Assembly (NCBI GenBank): GCA_964457755.1 | Contig: CAYWGC010000001.1 | Location: 64,332 to 128,331 of the forward strand | DNA: 64,000 bases | Source: an uncultured Thermodesulfobacteriota bacterium | GTDB taxonomy: Bacteria > Desulfobacterota > Anaeroferrophillalia > Anaeroferrophillales > Tharpellaceae | Direction of reading: 5' to 3' | Shown here: positions 58,211 to 64,000 of the stretch, piece after piece | How the letters are laid out: the number at the start of each line of letters is the position of its first letter | Numbering within the stretch: position 1 is the first letter of the stretch | The notes under the pieces: model-generated | Told to the model about the DNA's origin: nothing | The model's input: the letters and a program-made list of their open reading frames with translations, nothing else | The model's database searches: none | Translations under genes and position numbers: made by a program

Positions 58211-58337
58211 AATGCTCCGCCAGCCCGAAAGATGTTGAGCTATTTATTTCCATGCCACTCCACGACAAAAACATAGAACCACAACTCTTGACCTGCTAAA
58301 GGTTCTCGGATTTGGAAGTCGCATCATGTAAATCCGA

Positions 58338-59723
58338 TCAAAAACAATCAACCCTCCCAAAAGCTGCGGCAAAGGTCGCCAGGTCTTCGTCGTCCACATC
58401 GTTATCATTATCAAAGTCACCCTTGCAGGGATCACCAACATCACAGTTTGCGCGATCAAAATCCGCTATAAAGACCACAAAATCGGAACCATCGACGTCA
58501 CTGTCTATATCAAAGTCACCTTCACACTCCGGCACTGATACGATCGCCGGGCCACCTGGTTCAACAATTTCTCCATTTAAAGAGAGATCATCATCACCCC
58601 GCTGACCATCAACAAAATAGAGCGTAATCTCATTGCCATTGATCTGCGCACCGGTTTGCGATGGCGCATCATAGAGAAATTCATACCAGTGATCGCTGGG
58701 ATTGCCAATGGTTGAGCCATATTTATAGAAAGTATCATAGGTCGCACCCTCAGGCCCGAATAGTGTCACAATCGCCGAGCCGCCAATACCAACTCCATTT
58801 ATTATAAAACCAAAGCAACCATATTCCAGCTCTACACCATCCGGCGACGGCGCTGGGGGAGCGATACTCTGGACCTCACTTAAAGCGGTTCCCGGAGAAG
58901 ATGCCAGCGTAACATACCCAGTATCATCATATGTATGCGTTGATGTCACACTATTTTGCTGACTGTCAGGAATCATATCATCATTACCATCATAGCTTGA
59001 ATCATAACCATCCGGACCCATTTCCTCAGAATTCTGAACCCCATCGCTATCAGTATCGATATACTCATCAGCCCCGATATCGACTCTTGCACCGCCACTG
59101 TTGTCACCATCCAAGATCCTCCCGTCTTCATCCATATCAGTGGTGACCCCAGAGGGCACGGCGCTGTCATTTCCGGCATCAATACAGGGCGAACCAGGTT
59201 GAAGATGAAGGTTCCAAGCATACGGGTCAATGCCGGCGACATTCACAAAAAGAGGATCTTGGCGAATAATATGAAGAGCCTCGCCGAGATCTTCCTCCCA
59301 GGTTTTCTGGGCATCAAATGGGGCACCGGTCTGCTGCATATCAATGTAGGTGTAGTGAATCTGGTCAATGGAGTAGATGGGAGGCTCCCAGTAACCATAA
59401 TATTCATCAAGTTTATAGCTGCGAATATCGGGCTTGGCCCAGGCAGAATTCCCCCAGAAGACGCAATTAGTGATGGTAACTACATACCAGGAAGAATCAT
59501 CATTATAAATTGCCCCGCCACCACTGGGGTCTCCAGCAGACACAGGACTAACCTTATTCCCATAAAATGTACAATTAATGATTTTGGTACCGTTGTCATC
59601 ATCATTATATATTGCTCCTCCGGCCGTCATTGTATCCCTTCCGTTGCCGGCAAAAAGACAATTGCTAATAGTCGGAAGGGCTCTTTGATTATATATAGCG
59701 CCGCCGTCTTCATAGGCATACAT
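58338..59723 (-). CDS. C-terminal portion of a secreted right-handed parallel beta-helix repeat protein with dockerin-like Ca-binding repeats (frame continues upstream to 59846)
   Basis: Repeated GGAIYN / INC.F.GN beta-helix turns. C-terminus GDFDIDSDVDGSDFVVF and GDFDNDNDVDDEDLATF are dockerin/EF-hand-like. The same reading frame is open upstream of the first Met and overlaps the preceding ORF. Confidence 0.6.
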   Translation of the reverse strand: MYAYEDGGAIYNQRALPTISNCLFAGNGRDTMTAGGAIYNDDDNGTKIINCTFYGNKVSPVSAGDPSGGGAIYNDDSSWYVVTITNCVFWGNSAWAKPDIRSYKLDEYYGYWEPPIYSIDQIHYTYIDMQQTGAPFDAQKTWEEDLGEALHIIRQDPLFVNVAGIDPYAWNLHLQPGSPCIDAGNDSAVPSGVTTDMDEDGRILDGDNSGGARVDIGADEYIDTDSDGVQNSEEMGPDGYDSSYDGNDDMIPDSQQNSVTSTHTYDDTGYVTLASSPGTALSEVQSIAPPAPSPDGVELEYGCFGFIINGVGIGGSAIVTLFGPEGATYDTFYKYGSTIGNPSDHWYEFLYDAPSQTGAQINGNEITLYFVDGQRGDDDLSLNGEIVEPGGPAIVSVPECEGDFDIDSDVDGSDFVVFIADFDRANCDVGDPCKGDFDNDNDVDDEDLATFAAAFGRVDCF

Positions 59724-59787
59724 TCCAGACTCTACATAATTTCCAATGAAGGTGCATTTTGTGATCTCACATTCTGAATCAGGACCA

Positions 59788-60966
59788 TTATAGATCGCCC
59801 CACCTTCGAGAGCCAGAAGGGGCCGAATTCCCTGTGAATCGACATTCTATAATCTGGGTTTGAGAGCCTCCTCCATTTAAGATAGCCGCGCCGGATCCGC
59901 TATTATTACTGAAATCACAGCGCCGGATCACGGGTGAAGCCGATGGATCGTAGACGTTGACGATAGCTTGGTAATTGTTGGAAAAACTGCACTCCTCGAT
60001 AGTGGGCGAGGAGGACCGATTCCAGATGCCACCCCCTTCAGGGTAATTTAAGTAAGCCATATTGTTATTCGAAAATGTGGAACGACGAATGGTGCAATCG
60101 GACAAAGAGTTTGCAATTCCGGCTCCCCGATAGGTGTTGTTTTCAACAAAAGAGCAGTCTGATATGGTAACACTATCGGACTGCTCATTGTAGATTCCTC
60201 CGCCATAACCATAGGGCGGGACCTCTGTATTTTCTAAAAACAGACAATCTGTAATGGTGGCGGACGCATAATGACCCAGGGATGTATCTGAGTAGTTACA
60301 GATTCCGGAACCATATCGAGCTCTATTTGCGGAAAAAGTACAATCGGTCACCATGATCGAAGAATACTCATTTAGAATACCACCACCGGCATTTCCAGGT
60401 AAGGTATCTCCGAAGGCATAGCCCTGGATTACGTTGAAACCATCGATTGTTACTAAACTGTCGGAACGGACATGGAAGCACCGTACAAACCCATTCGGAT
60501 TATTACCATCAACAGCAGTCACGTATGTACCCCCATCCCTATCCGTCCAAACCGGCGCTGAGAGAGTGTCAGGAAAGCCCCCATAAATGGCAACGCCTTT
60601 ATCTATGTTGATTGTAGATAAAGGCGTGTATTGCCCCTGCATGACCCAGATTTCATCAAGCTCAACAGCCGCATCGACAGCCTTCTGAATGGTCTGAAAA
60701 GCGGCGCTCCAACTCGACCCCGTATTGCTGTCTAAGCCATTGCTCTTCACATACCAAACCTCGGCTTGTACTGGTTTTAGATAGCATATTGAAAAAACAC
60801 AAAGTAATAACAACCCCAAACCTAACTGCTTTACACCTTGGTTTACATTAAATTTAGACGACCTCCTGCTCAGCCAATGCATAAAAACCTCCTTTTTCAT
60901 AAGGTGAATAGAGTTTCTATTTTTATTTATTTCTACATGAACCAGGACATAAGTGAATAACTCCAT
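59788..60966 (-). CDS. N-terminal portion of the same beta-helix repeat protein (signal peptide present), separated from 58338..59723 by an apparent frameshift
   Basis: Signal peptide (…LLLLCVFSICYLKPVQAEV) followed by beta-helix repeats. Ends …CRFTGNSAPSGSRRWGDL*, while the other frame continues …LEGGAIYNGPDSECEITKCTFIGN. The switch occurs at a GGGG/CCCC run at 59819-59822. Confidence 0.55.
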   Translation of the reverse strand: MELFTYVLVHVEINKNRNSIHLMKKEVFMHWLSRRSSKFNVNQGVKQLGLGLLLLCVFSICYLKPVQAEVWYVKSNGLDSNTGSSWSAAFQTIQKAVDAAVELDEIWVMQGQYTPLSTINIDKGVAIYGGFPDTLSAPVWTDRDGGTYVTAVDGNNPNGFVRCFHVRSDSLVTIDGFNVIQGYAFGDTLPGNAGGGILNEYSSIMVTDCTFSANRARYGSGICNYSDTSLGHYASATITDCLFLENTEVPPYGYGGGIYNEQSDSVTISDCSFVENNTYRGAGIANSLSDCTIRRSTFSNNNMAYLNYPEGGGIWNRSSSPTIEECSFSNNYQAIVNVYDPSASPVIRRCDFSNNSGSGAAILNGGGSQTQIIECRFTGNSAPSGSRRWGDL

Positions 60967-61247
60967 CTTTATTCATTTAAAAGTGAGCTTTTTTTGTGTA
61001 GTTTTTTATTAGTCTAACCGACCATCTGACCCAAGTCAATAAGACGCCGATTAAAAACCGATGGATCATATTCTAGACTGAATATCCCCCCACAAAGATA
61101 ATTGTTGCTCTCCTCCCTCAACTCAATCTTCAAGAAAACTCAAAAACTGGATAGCATAGTTATTTTATGCTATCCAAAAACCTATTAAAATAGTATGACA
61201 ACAAAAAAGTTTTGGACAAAACCCAAATCATTTAAGGAGAGAACTAA

Positions 61248-62063
61248 ATGAACCTGCAAAAGCTTTACGATATAGAACCTTGGGAGTGGCCGGAAGGGTC
61301 TGCAGAACTGATTTTCACAACTCTCAACGACTGCAATAGCGATCTTTCAACGCGCTTAATGGCGGCTGAAATGGCCGGTGATTATGTGGTCGCTAACGAC
61401 AAACTCGCCCAAGCTTTACTTGACATCCTCAACAATAACACTGAGGACACTAAACTGCGCTCGCAAGCCGCAATCTCCTTAGGACCAGCCTTAGAACATG
61501 CCGACATCTATGAATTTGACGACCCGGAAGACATTGTCCTCTCGGAAGAGGTCTTTCAAATGATTCTGGCCTCGTTGCAAAGAGCCTATCATGACGCAGA
61601 GATCCCAAATGATGTCCGCCGCTCAGTTCTTGAAGCCGCCATTCGGGCGCCACAAGCCTGGCAAGAGGGGGCGGTTCGAGCAGCCTATCAAAGTGACGAC
61701 AAGCAGTGGCAACTTACAGCCGTATTCTGCATGAGTTATATTGGTGGCTTTAAACCTCAAATCCTGGAAGCTCTTGAAAGCGGCAACCCAGACATTCACT
61801 ATCAGGCAGTGCTGGCGGCCGGTCACCAAGAGATAGAAGAAGCCTGGCCACACATTAAAACCCTGCTAATGTCGACAAAAATTGAGAAACCGCTGATTTT
61901 TGCCGCCATTGAGGCCGCCGTTGTTTTCGGCACCCCCGAAGCCATGAACTCCTTAGAAAAACTCCTTGATGCAAATGACGATGAAATCGTCGATGCCATC
62001 CATGAAGCTATGGCAATGCTGGAAGCACTTGAAAGCGAAGAAGTGGAAGAAGCAGAAGAGTAA
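61248..62063 (+). CDS. HEAT-repeat protein with acidic C-terminus
   Basis: 271 aa, all-helical with repeating LxxL…DxxVRxxAaxAL-type HEAT units. No catalytic motif. Confidence 0.5.
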   Translation: MNLQKLYDIEPWEWPEGSAELIFTTLNDCNSDLSTRLMAAEMAGDYVVANDKLAQALLDILNNNTEDTKLRSQAAISLGPALEHADIYEFDDPEDIVLSEEVFQMILASLQRAYHDAEIPNDVRRSVLEAAIRAPQAWQEGAVRAAYQSDDKQWQLTAVFCMSYIGGFKPQILEALESGNPDIHYQAVLAAGHQEIEEAWPHIKTLLMSTKIEKPLIFAAIEAAVVFGTPEAMNSLEKLLDANDDEIVDAIHEAMAMLEALESEEVEEAEE

Positions 62064-62085
62064 TAATCAACCGTTCCGCTTAAAA

Positions 62086-62127
62086 AAAGAAAAGGCCGTT
62101 CTCTATAAAGAAAACGGCCTTTTTATT
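62086..62127. terminator. Bidirectional rho-independent terminator between the convergent HEAT-repeat and rhlE genes
   Basis: aaaGGCCGTTctctataaagaAAACGGCCttttt: 7-10 bp stem flanked by an A-tract on one side and a T-tract on the other. Confidence 0.65.
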
Positions 62128-62161
62128 ATCTAAACAAGCCACGACAAAGCTATAACAATAA

Positions 62162-62202
62162 CGTCGAACCTCGCTTCGCCGTGAGCGCTACCTGAAAGCT
62201 AC
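62162..62202. repeat. Dispersed intergenic repeat, family A copy 5 (downstream of rhlE)
   Basis: cgtcgaacctcgcttcgccgtgagcgctacctgaaagctac. Shares the cgtcgaac module with copy 3 and cttcgccgtgagc with copy 2. Confidence 0.4.
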
Positions 62203-62209
62203 ATCTCTT

Positions 62210-63484
62210 TTACCGTCCAGCGGCTGCACGATTCGAGGATCCATTGCTGCGACGGGGTGCCCCACCGCTGCGAGATTTTGAAAATCCTCTATTATTATGC
62301 TTTGGCCCACTCCGACGAAAATCGACAAAGGTCTCTTCGTCTTTATCCGCCTGAATCTGCTCGAAACCATCAATAATCTCGACCGGAATCTGCTTGCCGA
62401 GCAGGCGTTCGATGGGCCGTAACAACTTCTGTTCATCGGCACTGACCAACGAAATCGCATTGCCACTACAACCCGCCCGGCCGGTACGGCCAATACGATG
62501 CACATAGTCTTCGGCGACGTTGGGCAGATCAAAATTTACAACAAAGGGCAGTTTATCGATATCCAATCCCCGGGCGGCAATATCAGTAGCTACCAGGATC
62601 TTAACCTTACCCGCTTTAAACTCCGCCAGAGCCCGGGTTCTCGCTGTTTGACTTTTATTACCATGAATGGCGGCTGCACCGATACCACTTTTCTCCAAGT
62701 AGGTGGCCAAGCGATTGGCACCATGCTTGGTACGGGTAAAAACCAGCGCCTTCTGCCAATCTCCTTCGTTAACAAGTTGGGCCAAAAGCACCCGCTTGGC
62801 TTTAAGCCCCACCGGATGGACCACTTGATCAACTTTTTCGGCAGCAGTATTTCTGCGGGCGACTTCGATCATCGCCGGATTGTCTAAAAAATTATCGGTC
62901 AAGCGCTTTATTTCGTCTGAATAGGTGGCGGAAAAGAGCAGGTTCTGGCGCTTCTTCGGCAAGAGTTTCAAGACTCGTTTAATATCATGGATGAAACCCA
63001 TATCGAGCATCCGATCGGCTTCGTCCAGAACCAGTATCTCAACTTCAGAAAGGTCGACCGTGCCCTGACCAACGTGATCTAAAAGTCGTCCCGGGGTGGC
63101 TACAAGGATATCGACACCCCTTCTCAGCTTATCAATCTGCGGGTTGATGCCAACCCCACCGAAAACCACGGTCGAGCGCAGGGTCAGGTTTTTACCGTAG
63201 TTGGCTATAAATTCACCTACCTGAGCCGCCAATTCCCGGGTCGGAGCCAATACCAGACAGCGCGGCTTACGACTTTTACTACTCCCTCTTTGACTCAGGT
63301 TTTGCAGGATCGGCAGAGCAAAGGCCGCCGTTTTTCCGGTTCCCGTCTGAGCTCCACCCACAACATCCCGGCCCGCTAAAATCGCCGGAATTGCCTGGGC
63401 TTGAATCGGGGTGGGGATGGTATAGCCCTCATCGGCTACAGCTTGCAATAATCTGGGCATCAGGCCCAGTTGTTCAAATGACAT
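62210..63484 (-). CDS. rhlE: DEAD-box ATP-dependent RNA helicase RhlE-like
   Basis: 424 aa. [31 protein letters not shown]. Basic Gly/Arg-rich C-terminal tail. Confidence 0.85.
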   Translation of the reverse strand: MSFEQLGLMPRLLQAVADEGYTIPTPIQAQAIPAILAGRDVVGGAQTGTGKTAAFALPILQNLSQRGSSKSRKPRCLVLAPTRELAAQVGEFIANYGKNLTLRSTVVFGGVGINPQIDKLRRGVDILVATPGRLLDHVGQGTVDLSEVEILVLDEADRMLDMGFIHDIKRVLKLLPKKRQNLLFSATYSDEIKRLTDNFLDNPAMIEVARRNTAAEKVDQVVHPVGLKAKRVLLAQLVNEGDWQKALVFTRTKHGANRLATYLEKSGIGAAAIHGNKSQTARTRALAEFKAGKVKILVATDIAARGLDIDKLPFVVNFDLPNVAEDYVHRIGRTGRAGCSGNAISLVSADEQKLLRPIERLLGKQIPVEIIDGFEQIQADKDEETFVDFRRSGPKHNNRGFSKSRSGGAPRRSNGSSNRAAAGR

Positions 63485-64000
63485 ATAACGTTACTCCAAA
63501 ATTCGCCTGGCCACTTTAATAGCACCGATCCCAAGCGAAATAGCTTAATATTGTTTTAAATTACTCGATAATTTGAGGCTAATGCAGACTTGAAGCCCGC
63601 AAATAAGTGCTCTTACCAGAACGTTTTCTTGTTTTTTCAAAACAGAAAACAACCTGTAAGGCACTAAACTGCAGCAAGCACCGACCGGTTAGTACTCAAA
63701 GCGAAAGATTGTTGTCACGACCATTTCACTTGCCATCCCAACTACCGTCAACCATTTTCTATGGTTGCCAAAAAAATTATTCCCAAAAAAAGAAACGGCT
63801 GTCTTCGTCACCGAAAACAGCCGTCTTGATATCCGGCTTTACTTGCTACACTCATTTTCAGAACATATCAAAAACCACAAAAGAGATCATAAAAATTGCT
63901 GAAATCGATTTTTAAAAAGCGGCTTCTTGCTTGCTCCGCCATCGACAGGTGAGACCTTATAACATTAATAGCTGCCTTACGTCCACTCTTTAATTATTTT

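Noticed and set aside
63607-63915. 102-aa plus-strand ORF in the region upstream of rhlE
   Set aside because: It lies in the long 5' untranslated/promoter region of the DEAD-box helicase gene. The translation is low-complexity (Ser/Lys/Pro-rich). There is no SD and no homolog recognition.

Overview
The window is a 64 kb chromosomal segment that looks like an anaerobic deltaproteobacterial (Desulfobacterota-type) genome, about 52-55% GC. About 85% of the coding sequence is on the minus strand.

From left to right it contains:
- the 5' end of a ResB/CcsB cytochrome c biogenesis gene and two tandem paralogous tetraheme cytochrome c3-family genes, each with its own intrinsic terminator;
- elbB, ubiE/menG, gyrA, dapB, a fused two-domain glycosyltransferase, and an MFS transporter;
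- a transglutaminase-like protein, a family-6 (hypoxanthine) DNA glycosylase and mltF;
- a roughly 12 kb uninterrupted run of minus-strand genes that starts with thiF-thiS-thiG-thiH and continues without a break into a lipid-type biosynthetic gene cluster. The cluster carries an ICMT-like methyltransferase, darA-like and darB-like dialkylresorcinol genes, a small hypothetical, a BtrH-like protein, an ABC exporter, an ACP, and a KS/CLF ketosynthase pair;
- a 4Fe-4S protein, an MFS transporter, a fused 5-oxoprolinase, a secreted multiheme cytochrome, pepA, and a livKHMGF operon whose LivG carries a roughly 130-aa hydrophobic insertion;
- the conserved ffh-rpsP-KH-rimM-trmD-rplS-rnhB-yraN block, pcrA, and two DEAD-box helicases;
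- a PLP decarboxylase convergent with a PurF-like protein that lacks the Cys1 nucleophile;
- a group of secreted proteins (VWA, HExxH, a beta-helix/dockerin protein split by a frameshift) flanking a B12-binding radical SAM enzyme, then a HEAT-repeat protein and rhlE.

No rRNA, tRNA, CRISPR array, transposase or integrase was recognised.

Two families of dispersed intergenic repeats occur seven times in total. One is a roughly 200-bp element with a roughly 26-bp hairpin and a variable 8-bp tandem tract (two copies). The other is a shorter 'ctttgcttcgcc'-core element (five copies). Two copies of these repeats lie inside the biosynthetic cluster.

The main candidate for a previously undescribed system is the DarAB-plus-KS/CLF/ACP/ABC/BtrH-like cluster transcriptionally contiguous with the thiamine operon.
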